Below are positions 1 to 8,924 of a stretch of DNA of 64,000 nt, in pieces. The position numbers and the translations under genes were made by a program. Location: contig CAWASW010000003.1 of assembly GCA_963784785.1 (NCBI GenBank), positions 51,216-115,215 of the forward strand, read 5' to 3'. Source of the stretch: Candidatus Woesebacteria bacterium. Lineage in GTDB: Bacteria; Patescibacteriota; Microgenomatia; UBA8517. Under the pieces are notes generated by a model. The model made no database searches, was not told the origin of the DNA, and worked only from the letters and a program-made list of their open reading frames with translations. How positions within the stretch are numbered: the stretch's first letter is position 1; each line of letters begins with the position of its first letter.

Positions 1-1
1 G

Positions 2-853
2 ATACAAGAAGAAGGGGAAAACCAATTAGGGCTTAAAGTTTTATCACTCCACGCCTTAATGAAAGTTATTATGGGTCAAATAACTCCAACCCAAGAAGCA
101 ATGCTAGATCGTGCTTTAATTATGACTTATAAAGCAAAGGGAATAACCAATGATCCTATTACTCAAACAAAAGAACCTCCTTTAATGGAAGATCTTTACA
201 AAACTTTAATCGGTATGGAAGTTCCAGAAGCTTTAGATTTGGCAGCGCGAATCGAAAAGTTTATAAGGGGATCTTTCCAAGGAATTTTTGACAAGCAAAC
301 AAATATCGACCTTGATAATCCATTTACAGTTTTCTCAGTTAAGGATATACAGGATGCTATCCGCCCTATTGTCATGTTTATGATTCTTGACTATATCTGG
401 ACTAGAGTTAAAAGAGATATCAAAAGAAGAATATTAATTGTTGAAGAGGCGTGGCAGATGATGAAATATCCAGACACCGCACAATTTTTATGGTCTGTTG
501 TCAAACGTGCAAGAAAATACTACCTAGGGCTTACTACAATAACTCAAGACGTTGAGGATTTCCTTGGACAAGACATTGGGAAGGCAATTGTTACAAACTC
601 TGCTTTAAGGCTATTACTAAAGCAATCACCAACAGCCATAGACAAACTAGGGGAGATATTCTATTTATCACAGGGTGAGAAACAACTATTAATGGCAGCA
701 AACGTCGGGGAAGGAATATTCTTTGCAGGACCTCATCATGCTCCAATCAGAATTGTTGCCAGTGAGGCAGAACATGCTTTAATTAACACAAAACCACAAG
801 ACAATCCAACTCCTACAATGCCTAATACTAAGGCGTGGAATAGACAAGAATAG
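2..853 (+). CDS. VirB4/TraC/CagE-family type IV secretion ATPase, C-terminal part. The reading frame is open to the window edge, so the gene is 5'-truncated by the window.
   Basis: Walker-B-like 'ILIVEEAW' (the DEAW box of VirB4) followed by 'GLTTITQ' (the ATQS-like motif). There is no stop between position 2 and the first ATG at 59. Confidence 0.6.
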   Translation: MQEEGENQLGLKVLSLHALMKVIMGQITPTQEAMLDRALIMTYKAKGITNDPITQTKEPPLMEDLYKTLIGMEVPEALDLAARIEKFIRGSFQGIFDKQTNIDLDNPFTVFSVKDIQDAIRPIVMFMILDYIWTRVKRDIKRRILIVEEAWQMMKYPDTAQFLWSVVKRARKYYLGLTTITQDVEDFLGQDIGKAIVTNSALRLLLKQSPTAIDKLGEIFYLSQGEKQLLMAANVGEGIFFAGPHHAPIRIVASEAEHALINTKPQDNPTPTMPNTKAWNRQE

Positions 854-855
854 TT

Positions 856-3456
856 ATGAATAAAGTATTAGCAGATATTTTAGAAAGACCTGTACCAAAA
901 GGGTTAACTGTTACAAAAGTAAAGAGCTTAATCCAAGATGTTGCAAAACTTGATGAACAACCTAAATTAGTTTATTCATCAAATGGAGAAAAGATATTAG
1001 GTGAACTAAATAAATATGGTGCAAAAGATATTCCTCAAAATTACAGAGGCGTTTTACTAGAACACTGGCTTGAAATACTATCACAAACTCAAGAAACAAT
1101 TACTGAGGTACCGAGACCCACGGGACCAGAAGCAACGACTTTAACTTCGGATCAATTAGAAAATCTTGGAGAACAAGCTGACGAACAGAAAAGAAAATAC
1201 AATCAAACAGTTAAAAACCAAAAAGAGGCTGTGGATAAATTCAAAAAAGCAGGAGAGAAAAGATATCAAGACCAACAGAAAGAAAAACAGACTCAAGAAT
1301 TATTAAATCAATTTTTCAAAGCAAAAGTTGTTGTTGTTCCAACTGAAGAAATTCCTGAAGTAAAGCTTTCAAAAGAAAACAAAGAAACATTAATAGCTGC
1401 TGAGACGGCCGCAAAAGAAGATCCTTTTACAACGAAAAAAATTTTTGAAGAAAAAATCAAAGAGGCCTTAAGTAAGACAGAACAAGAGTATAAAGACACT
1501 GTATCAAATGAATCAATTGAGAAAACAGCAACGCATCTAGTAGAGCAACTTAGAACTTTGCCGGATCATAAAACAGTGGATGATATTTCTGATTCTCCTA
1601 AGGCATTGAATATGCTTTCTATATTAAATCCTTTATCAGATCCCGACAGCGAACAAATGAAGAAAATTATTCCAGACAAAGAGGCAAGAAAAAAGTTTGC
1701 ACGAGAAGTCCAAACTTTATTATTAGCCACAGAAGCAGAAAGAACTGTTAACCTCGCAGGAGCAAAAGCTATTTTTGGGGAAAATATTGCATATTCTTTA
1801 TACGGAACAGATGCTATTACAGCTTTTCAAACTTCTAGCGAAGAAAAAGATAGTGAAGAGGGCGTAGAGATTAGTCCAAGAGATGTGTATGAAAAAGGGA
1901 AACAGATTTCTGATTTTATTAACAAAATAAAGGGATTCAGAAATGCTGAAGAAGTTACATCGACAGGACTAGCATATTATCCAACATATGGTTATTCAAA
2001 CGCAGCAGTAGCAACAAGAACTGCTTCCGCTCTCACAAAAGCACTACCTGCGGTTGGTGCAGTTTATGGATTTAAACAAGGGTTAATCTTGTCTCAATGG
2101 GCGAGGTCAGGAACACCACTTTTATCCGCTGGAAATCAGAATCTTGTTAGACTCCTAACATCACAGGCAGGAGTGCAAGAAATTGCGTCTGCTTCAATGG
2201 TTACATTTTCAAATCCAATTGGTTTTCAATTAGGCAAATTTTCAATCGGCATTGCAACTGGTGCAAATCAAGCAACCGGAACACAAATTGCAATAGGAGG
2301 TATTAGATTTGGGGAGAAAATGGCAGGGGCAATTGCAGTAAAAGGAGGTACACAAGTTGCAATAGTTACAGGAACTCAAGCAGGTGCTCAATTGGCTGTA
2401 GGAACATCAACAATATTAACTAAAGTTTTGACCTTTGTTGGAGGACTAAGTAGCTGGGCAACTTTTGGACTAAGTGCAATCGGTGGATATTTATTAGGAA
2501 AGATAATTGAAAAAGGTCCACAGATAAAAAAGTGGTTTAGTGAAAATGCTCCTGTACTAATAAGCATAGCAAGTCTTGGAGGATTGGCTTTTGGAGGACC
2601 TGGGGTTGGATTCGCTACATTAGGCGTTGGACTTGCGATTACTGGAACACTTGGATCTTTTGCAGCTGGGGCATTTGGAGTTTTAGGTTTTATAGGCAGA
2701 TCAATTGGTGTTGCAATCGCGACACCTGTAATTATTACGCTACTAGTTATACCTTCCCTTGTAGCTTTTATCATGTTAGTGATCAATAATTCCGCCTACG
2801 TTGTTCCACCAGCGCCAGTCGCAGAATCTGGCTTCGATATAGGACAAGACGGTTTTGAATGCACAACTGAAAAAACACCAACAACGATTACATCAAGTTC
2901 AACAGGAAGTTCAGCAATAGCAGAAAGAGCATGGGGAATAATGGAAGATATGTACCAAGGATTTTGGTGTTATTGGAACAGATCACCTGGTGATTTTCCA
3001 ACAGACACAGTTGAACATCCAGAGTCATATCCTGAGTTATTTGATGAAAAACTATATGCAATAACAACAAATCCAACAAGGCAACAAGTTCAATCAAGTG
3101 GGGAAGTATTATTTTGGTGCACGTGGCTCATTCAAAAATCATATGGCGAAAATGGTAACAACATAGCAAACACATTATGGTCACCGACAATGTTCAATGA
3201 CTTCAAAAATCGAAAAAAAATGTTAGAAGGAAATGAGATGACATTTGATAACATAAAATCTGGAGCAGTTATATTTTTTGACATTAAAAATTCTCTAGAT
3301 AGAGTAGATCATGTAGGAATTGTTCATACAATAACTCCCGCTGGAATAAAATTTTTACAATCTAATGCCGGAACAAAAGATGGTTTCTTACCAATTATTA
3401 ACGGGGTACTTCAAAGTCCAAGTTACGCTACAATAAAAGGAGTAGGGAACCCATGA
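856..3456 (+). CDS. Large membrane protein with a charged coiled-coil N-terminus, a Gly-rich multi-TM core and a C-terminal CHAP/NlpC-P60-like cysteine peptidase domain. It is probably the cell-wall hydrolase of the T4SS or conjugation apparatus.
   Basis: The C-terminal region has a Cys ('FWCTWLIQKSYG') and a His ('DHVGIVHTI') spaced as in CHAP domains. There are long Gly/Ala/Thr-rich hydrophobic segments. It is adjacent to and co-oriented with the VirB4-like ORF, which it follows after a 2-bp gap. Confidence 0.5.
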   Translation: MNKVLADILERPVPKGLTVTKVKSLIQDVAKLDEQPKLVYSSNGEKILGELNKYGAKDIPQNYRGVLLEHWLEILSQTQETITEVPRPTGPEATTLTSDQLENLGEQADEQKRKYNQTVKNQKEAVDKFKKAGEKRYQDQQKEKQTQELLNQFFKAKVVVVPTEEIPEVKLSKENKETLIAAETAAKEDPFTTKKIFEEKIKEALSKTEQEYKDTVSNESIEKTATHLVEQLRTLPDHKTVDDISDSPKALNMLSILNPLSDPDSEQMKKIIPDKEARKKFAREVQTLLLATEAERTVNLAGAKAIFGENIAYSLYGTDAITAFQTSSEEKDSEEGVEISPRDVYEKGKQISDFINKIKGFRNAEEVTSTGLAYYPTYGYSNAAVATRTASALTKALPAVGAVYGFKQGLILSQWARSGTPLLSAGNQNLVRLLTSQAGVQEIASASMVTFSNPIGFQLGKFSIGIATGANQATGTQIAIGGIRFGEKMAGAIAVKGGTQVAIVTGTQAGAQLAVGTSTILTKVLTFVGGLSSWATFGLSAIGGYLLGKIIEKGPQIKKWFSENAPVLISIASLGGLAFGGPGVGFATLGVGLAITGTLGSFAAGAFGVLGFIGRSIGVAIATPVIITLLVIPSLVAFIMLVINNSAYVVPPAPVAESGFDIGQDGFECTTEKTPTTITSSSTGSSAIAERAWGIMEDMYQGFWCYWNRSPGDFPTDTVEHPESYPELFDEKLYAITTNPTRQQVQSSGEVLFWCTWLIQKSYGENGNNIANTLWSPTMFNDFKNRKKMLEGNEMTFDNIKSGAVIFFDIKNSLDRVDHVGIVHTITPAGIKFLQSNAGTKDGFLPIINGVLQSPSYATIKGVGNP

Positions 3457-4121
3457 AGAAAAAGATATTAATCTTAGCAGGAACAATATTGGCATTTTTT
3501 TTTATATATTTATTATTAAATAATAAGAAAACTCCAACAGAATTACCCATAGCTGTTATATCTACAATACCAAAAAACAATGCTTTTTTTGTAAATGAAA
3601 AATCTGAAGTAGTATTAACTTTAAATAGAACAATAATAAATACAGAGGGAGAGAAAATAAAAATTGAGGTAGAACCAGATGTAAAAACTAAAATCGTGTA
3701 TCTCACTAATAAAATTAGAATATCACCTGAGACAGAATTCGGTATTAATATAGAATATAAAATTTCAGTAAAATACAATGAAAATTTGATTTATACATTA
3801 AATTTTAAAACCAATCCTTTTTCAAAAGAACAAACAAAAGAGGAGGGAGGAAAGCAATCAATAGGTGACGCTGCATTTAATGAATCTTATGACAAATTTT
3901 TAAAAGATTTTCCTTGGTATAGAAAAATCCCAATAGAAAGAAAAGATTATACAATTGTATATGATTTCGAATTATTGTCATTTAGAATAATAATGAACAG
4001 GAAAATAGACGACGAGCTTGATAAAACAGGTATAAAAAATGCAGCTATTAACGATTTGTTAAAAATCGGGGTTAAATTACCAATTAAAAATATTGTTGTA
4101 CAAGAAGTTAAAAATAATTAA
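3453..4121 (+). CDS. Hypothetical membrane-anchored protein (N-terminal TM/signal). The last gene of the putative T4SS operon.
   Basis: Has an ATGA start/stop overlap with the upstream gene. N-terminus is 'KKKILILAGTILAFFFIYLLL'. Confidence 0.45.
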   Translation: MKKKILILAGTILAFFFIYLLLNNKKTPTELPIAVISTIPKNNAFFVNEKSEVVLTLNRTIINTEGEKIKIEVEPDVKTKIVYLTNKIRISPETEFGINIEYKISVKYNENLIYTLNFKTNPFSKEQTKEEGGKQSIGDAAFNESYDKFLKDFPWYRKIPIERKDYTIVYDFELLSFRIIMNRKIDDELDKTGIKNAAINDLLKIGVKLPIKNIVVQEVKNN

Positions 4122-5227
4122 GTACTTTTGATAGGCATGATTATATGAAGGAAGTTTGAAGATTTGGAATCTAAAAACTTTGAGGCTTTGTTGTCACTAG
4201 CGAATATTATTTTTACTTCATCATCTGTTATGACTTTTAAGACATCTTCTACAAATGAGTAATTAAACATAATATTTATCTCTGATTCTATTTTTTCTTC
4301 TGATCGAATTTCTACACTTGTTTCCTGATTCCCTGATGAGCTACTTTCTGCAGTTATTCGTAATTCATCATTCATAATTCGTAATTTAATGATTTTTCCC
4401 GAGTCCCTTGCAAAAACTGAGGCCAGTTTAATTGATTTTTCAAGTTCTGCTTTATCTACATTTATTTCAGCAATGGATGAAGTAGGGATGATCTTTTCAT
4501 AATCGGGGAATTCACCTTCAATTATTCGAGACGAAAGGGTAGTATCACCAATTGCAAAGATTATTTGATTGCTTTCTTTGTCAAAGGAAACTTCTATTGA
4601 ATCTGAATCTGCTGCAATCTTTGTAAGCTCATACAAAACAGTTTTAGGTATAATTATTTTCAAGTCTTCAATATTTATTTCGCTTTTAAGCTTAACTTCA
4701 GAAAGTCTAAAACCATCTGTTGCTACTAGCTTTAAAGTTTTATTCGTAAATACAAACAAAACTCCAGTTAGAATAGGTCTTGTTTCATCAGTTGAGACTG
4801 CAAACAGCACTTTTGATAGAGAATTTACAAGTTCTTCTCTACTAAGAGCAAACTTATTTTTACCTGATTCCTGAGGAAGACTTGGAAAATCTGCAGAGTT
4901 CGAGCCTAAAACATTTGACTTAAATTTACCTGATGTAATTTTAATCTGCTCTTGAAAAGATTCAATTTCAATAGAGCCAGATGATAAATTAGAGATAACA
5001 TCATTAAAAGTTTTACCATTAACTGTAATTTCACCTTCTTCTTCAATTTTTGCGGCAATTGCTGTTTTAACTGAAATCTCTAAATTAGTAGAGGAGAGTG
5101 TTAATTTCGTTTTGTCTGTCTTTAATAGGATGTTTCCTAATATTGGAAGTTGTGCTTTAGGTGAAGTGAAGTGTGATGTAAGACTAACTGCATTTTTCAA
5201 GTTTTCTTGTAAGACCGTCAATTTCAT
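4118..5227 (-). CDS. dnaN: DNA polymerase III beta subunit (sliding clamp)
   Basis: 369 aa with a beta-clamp-like sequence, 'MKLTVLQENLKNAV...'. It is divergent from dnaA across a DnaA-box cluster. Confidence 0.9.
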   Translation of the reverse strand: MKLTVLQENLKNAVSLTSHFTSPKAQLPILGNILLKTDKTKLTLSSTNLEISVKTAIAAKIEEEGEITVNGKTFNDVISNLSSGSIEIESFQEQIKITSGKFKSNVLGSNSADFPSLPQESGKNKFALSREELVNSLSKVLFAVSTDETRPILTGVLFVFTNKTLKLVATDGFRLSEVKLKSEINIEDLKIIIPKTVLYELTKIAADSDSIEVSFDKESNQIIFAIGDTTLSSRIIEGEFPDYEKIIPTSSIAEINVDKAELEKSIKLASVFARDSGKIIKLRIMNDELRITAESSSSGNQETSVEIRSEEKIESEINIMFNYSFVEDVLKVITDDEVKIIFASDNKASKFLDSKSSNFLHIIMPIKST

Positions 5228-5269
5228 ATATGTGTTTTAACATATATTTAATAGTAGTACTAGTAGTAG

Positions 5270-5375
5270 AGGCTGTGGATAAGATGATAACAGCTATAAG
5301 CTAGGCAGGGGATAAATAGTGGATAAAACTGTGGATAACTGTGGACAAGTTGGGGATAAGTGGATATCATTAAAA
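5270..5375. promoter_or_regulatory. oriC: oriC-like cluster of about 7 co-oriented DnaA boxes (TGTGGATAA and one-mismatch variants) between dnaA and dnaN.
   Basis: ctgTGTGGATAAg, GGGGATAAA, GTGGATAAA, TGTGGATAAc, TGTGGACAA, GGGGATAAG and GTGGATATC lie within ~110 bp. An AT-rich stretch follows. Confidence 0.7.
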
Positions 5376-5383
5376 AGTTATCT

Positions 5384-6751
5384 TCAAAGAGATTTTTTTA
5401 TCCCCATGATGTCCTCTTGGATATCCACATTAGTTGAGAGTAAATTGGTTATCTTTTCCACAGAGTTCATTACAGTTGAATGATCTCTTCCTACAATCCT
5501 TCCTGTTTCTTGAAGAGACAATCTTAAATATACTCGAAGTAAATACATTACAATCTGCCTTGGCCTTACTATTGGAAGCTGTCTGGAGTCCCCTAGAAGC
5601 TGTCTTTTCCCAATTGAATAGTATTTACATACTTTATTTATTAAATTTTCTGGATCTATTTTTATTCTGACCTCATCTGCCTCACTTGCCTTTCCTAAAA
5701 GTGATTCTATTAATTCTGAAGTCACTTCTTTTTTGTTAAAATTTACTTCTGTAAAGAGTTTAACCAAAAAACCTTGTATTCCTCTAGCTGAATCGATATT
5801 TCCAGCGACCATTGCCACCATTTCGTTTGTCAGCATAATTCCCCTTTCTTCTGACTTAATCTGCACAATGGCTGAACGAAGTTCAAAATCAGGTGGAGCA
5901 ACGTCCACTATTAAACCTGCTTGAAATCTGGTTTTTAATCTTGCTTCTAGTTTTGATATTTCAGTTGGTGGTTTGTCAGAAGTAAGTATTACCTGCCCTC
6001 CAGCTGAGGTGACCGCATTAAAGGTGTGAAAGAATTCTTCTTGTGCAGTATCTTTCCCCGCAATAAACTGAATGTCATCAATAAAAAGGGCGTCAAGTTT
6101 CCTGTATTTTTTACGAACTTCTGCTGTTGTTTTATTTCTGATCCCGTCGACGATATCGTTGGTAAAGTCTTCGGCAGTACAGGCTAAAATTTTGGCTGAA
6201 GTATTTTTTAAAATCATGCTATGCCCTACTGCATGCATTAAATGAGTTTTACCAACTCCAACACCTCCATATATGAAAAGTGGATTATAGGAAACTCCTG
6301 GGTTATCAGCCACAGCTTGTGCAGCTGCATAGGCCATTTGATTACTGCCTGAAACAGCAAATTTATCAAAAGTAAAAAGCATTCTCAAATTTGCTTTTTT
6401 AACGGCCTCATTTACTGCCTCAGTATTAATTTTGGGAATATCAAAAAGAGGAGATAGAGATTCGGAATTAGGATTGAGTTGTTGTTTTGACGCTTTAACT
6501 ACAAAAGTTACGTCCACTATCTTTTCTAGTTGTTTAGTAAGTGTGTCTTGAAATAATCCAGAATATCTCTGTTCTATTTGCTGTTTTGTAAAAATAGAGT
6601 CGCATCCTACCTCTGCAATTATTCTATCCCCTACTTCTTTTAAATCAATTAAATGAGTGTGAGACAAATACGTTTTGTAAGCTGCATCAGAAACAGAAAT
6701 ACGTAAAGTCTCTAGTGTGTCTTTCCAAATCTTGTTAAAATCTTGTTTCAT
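5384..6751 (-). CDS. dnaA: Chromosomal replication initiator protein DnaA
   Basis: Walker A 'GGVGVGKTHLMHAVG', AAA+ box 'LFIDDIQF', and a C-terminal DNA-binding domain. Confidence 0.95.
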   Translation of the reverse strand: MKQDFNKIWKDTLETLRISVSDAAYKTYLSHTHLIDLKEVGDRIIAEVGCDSIFTKQQIEQRYSGLFQDTLTKQLEKIVDVTFVVKASKQQLNPNSESLSPLFDIPKINTEAVNEAVKKANLRMLFTFDKFAVSGSNQMAYAAAQAVADNPGVSYNPLFIYGGVGVGKTHLMHAVGHSMILKNTSAKILACTAEDFTNDIVDGIRNKTTAEVRKKYRKLDALFIDDIQFIAGKDTAQEEFFHTFNAVTSAGGQVILTSDKPPTEISKLEARLKTRFQAGLIVDVAPPDFELRSAIVQIKSEERGIMLTNEMVAMVAGNIDSARGIQGFLVKLFTEVNFNKKEVTSELIESLLGKASEADEVRIKIDPENLINKVCKYYSIGKRQLLGDSRQLPIVRPRQIVMYLLRVYLRLSLQETGRIVGRDHSTVMNSVEKITNLLSTNVDIQEDIMGIKKSL

Positions 6752-6929
6752 AAAAGTAGTACACAGTTAAACTAGTACTTAGTACATAGTACATAGAGAA
6801 AAAAACGAAGAAATAAACATGAGGCAGGTTGCTGTTTCTAAGTACTTTGTACTGTGTACTCTGTACTGCATATATTTACAAAGTTATCCACAATATACAA
6901 GTCCCAAAAAGTTTGCTATACTTGCATCT

Positions 6930-7079
6930 ATGGCGACGAAAAGGACATATCAACCACACAAATTGAAGAGAATTAAAAAATTTGGCTTTATGGCAAGAAA
7001 CGCTTCTACTGATGGTAGAAAGGTATTAAAAAGAAGAATGGCCAAAGGCAGAAAGAATTTAGTAAACGCTAGTAGATAA
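6930..7079 (+). CDS. rpmH: 50S ribosomal protein L34
   Basis: '[49 protein letters not shown]' (49 aa) is canonical L34. The ORF-track start at 6819 is an upstream extension. Confidence 0.9.
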   Translation: MATKRTYQPHKLKRIKKFGFMARNASTDGRKVLKRRMAKGRKNLVNASR

Positions 7080-7438
7080 TGTTATCTTCAAAATATAGAT
7101 TAAAGAAAAAAATAAACTTTGCCAGAATTGAAATAGATGGCAAAATGGTTCAATCAAGACCTTTTGGAATGGGAATTTACAATAGAAAAGATGACGAGCC
7201 CTCGCATTTCGGTTTTATCATCTCAACCAAAATTTCAAAGAAGGCAGTTATCAGAAATAGAATTAAGAGGATAATGTCTGAGGTCATTAGAATAAATCTA
7301 GACAAACTTAAAAATGGGTATGATATTTTGTTTTTAATTAAACATCAATCTGCTAAAATTACTAAGGAAGAACTCGAAAAAGAAACCTATGCGACTATTA
7401 TTAAAAATATACAAATCGACTCTATCTCCAATACTTAA
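7079..7438 (+). CDS. rnpA: Ribonuclease P protein component
   Basis: 119 aa with the 'AVIRNRIKRIMSE' RnpA motif. Sits in the conserved rpmH-rnpA arrangement. Confidence 0.85.
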   Translation: MLSSKYRLKKKINFARIEIDGKMVQSRPFGMGIYNRKDDEPSHFGFIISTKISKKAVIRNRIKRIMSEVIRINLDKLKNGYDILFLIKHQSAKITKEELEKETYATIIKNIQIDSISNT

Positions 7439-7580
7439 ATTCATGTTTGGTGGTGGAGGTTGCAGATACTCACCTACTTGTTCTGAGTACTCTGTAGACG
7501 TATTTGAGAAATATGGTATCATAAAGGGCGGAGTTTTAGCAGCTAAACGAATTGCTTCTTGTAACTCATGGTCAAAATAA
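7389..7580 (+). CDS. yidD: Membrane protein insertion efficiency factor YidD
   Basis: Has the 'CRYSPTCSEY' signature. Sits between rnpA and yidC. Confidence 0.75.
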   Translation: MRLLLKIYKSTLSPILKFMFGGGGCRYSPTCSEYSVDVFEKYGIIKGGVLAAKRIASCNSWSK

Positions 7581-8397
7581 TATGAATATCTTTCAAGTTG
7601 TCTTAATACAACCACTAACCAATGGGCTTATTCTGTTTTATAATCTTCTTTGGCAAAACATGGGGCTTGCCATAATTGGATTTAGTTTATTTCTTCGTTT
7701 TGCAACAAATCCACTAACAAAACCATATATGGCCTCTATGAAAAAGATCAAAGAAATAGAACCCTTAATTAAAAAACTTAAGTTAACGTACAAAAATGAT
7801 CAAAAAGGTTTAATGGCAGCTCAAACTGAGCTCTATAAACAAAAAGGAATTAATCCTTCTGCAGGGTGCCTTCCTTATATTCTAAATATTGTGATAATGA
7901 TTGCTTTGTTTAATGTCTTTACTCAGGTTTTGTCTGTAAATGGTGATGCTATGAGTAAATTAAATAATTTACTCTACTCTCCACTTAAAATGTCTGCAAA
8001 TTCTAATTTAAATACCGGATTTTTGTATCTGGACGTCAGAAAGCCAGATGTCTTTAATTTTTCAGGCATTCCATTTCCTATTCCAGGACCTTTTATTATT
8101 CTTGCAGGATTGTTGCAATTTTTGTCAGCTAAAATGATGGCTCCTGTTGTTAAGAAGGAAGAAAAGATTGCCAAAGAAACAAAGGGTGAAGCAGATGATA
8201 TGGCAGTAGCCATGCAATCATCAATGATTTATACATTTCCGTTAATGACTATATTTTTTGGAGTCAAGTTTCCTTCAGGACTTGCATTGTATTGGCTTCT
8301 ATTTTCAATTTTTCAAATGTATCAACAGTACAAATCTTCAGGCTGGGGTGGACTTACCCCTCTTATTCAGAGGTTGGGTCTGAAAAGCAAAAATTAA
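7552..8397 (+). CDS. yidC: Membrane protein insertase YidC/Oxa1 family (short form)
   Basis: Multi-TM with 'GCLPYILNIVIMIALF'. Sits in the rnpA-yidD-yidC-jag context. Confidence 0.85.
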   Translation: MLLVTHGQNNMNIFQVVLIQPLTNGLILFYNLLWQNMGLAIIGFSLFLRFATNPLTKPYMASMKKIKEIEPLIKKLKLTYKNDQKGLMAAQTELYKQKGINPSAGCLPYILNIVIMIALFNVFTQVLSVNGDAMSKLNNLLYSPLKMSANSNLNTGFLYLDVRKPDVFNFSGIPFPIPGPFIILAGLLQFLSAKMMAPVVKKEEKIAKETKGEADDMAVAMQSSMIYTFPLMTIFFGVKFPSGLALYWLLFSIFQMYQQYKSSGWGGLTPLIQRLGLKSKN

Positions 8398-8425
8398 TCT
8401 TATTAATTTTTCGCTAAAGCGGAGC

Positions 8426-8908
8426 TTGCAAAATCGAGGCAATCTTGTAAAATACTTCTACATGAACAAAGAAATCCAAAAGCTTACAGAAGAATTAATC
8501 AAACTTGCTGGTGTTTCGGCACAGGTTGAAGTAATTGACATGGGCGAGAATACTTATGAAGTAAATCTTTCTACAGATGATGAAACAGGATTGTTGATAG
8601 GTTTCAGAGGTGAAAACATTAATGCAATTCAAACTATTTTAGGAATGATGTTAAAGGGACAAACTGGAGAATGGTATAGATTGGTAGTCAATGTTGGAGA
8701 TTATAGAGAGAAACAAGAAGAAAAATTAAAAGAACTTGCAACCCAATCTGCAGATCGCGCTATTGAAACAAAAGAACCTCAACCAATTTATAATTTGAAC
8801 GCAGGACAGAGAAGAACTGTTCATATGCACTTGTCTCAGAGAAACGATATAACTACTGAATCAGAAGGTGTTGAACCAGAAAGATATTTAGTAATTAAAT
8901 CCAAGTAA
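8426..8908 (+). CDS. jag: Jag/KhpB-like RNA-binding protein (KH + R3H)
   Basis: Has the 'GFRGENINAIQ' KH-like motif and an R3H-like C-terminus. Lies downstream of yidC. Confidence 0.7.
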   Translation: MQNRGNLVKYFYMNKEIQKLTEELIKLAGVSAQVEVIDMGENTYEVNLSTDDETGLLIGFRGENINAIQTILGMMLKGQTGEWYRLVVNVGDYREKQEEKLKELATQSADRAIETKEPQPIYNLNAGQRRTVHMHLSQRNDITTESEGVEPERYLVIKSK

Positions 8909-8924
8909 ATAGTATAATGCAGCT

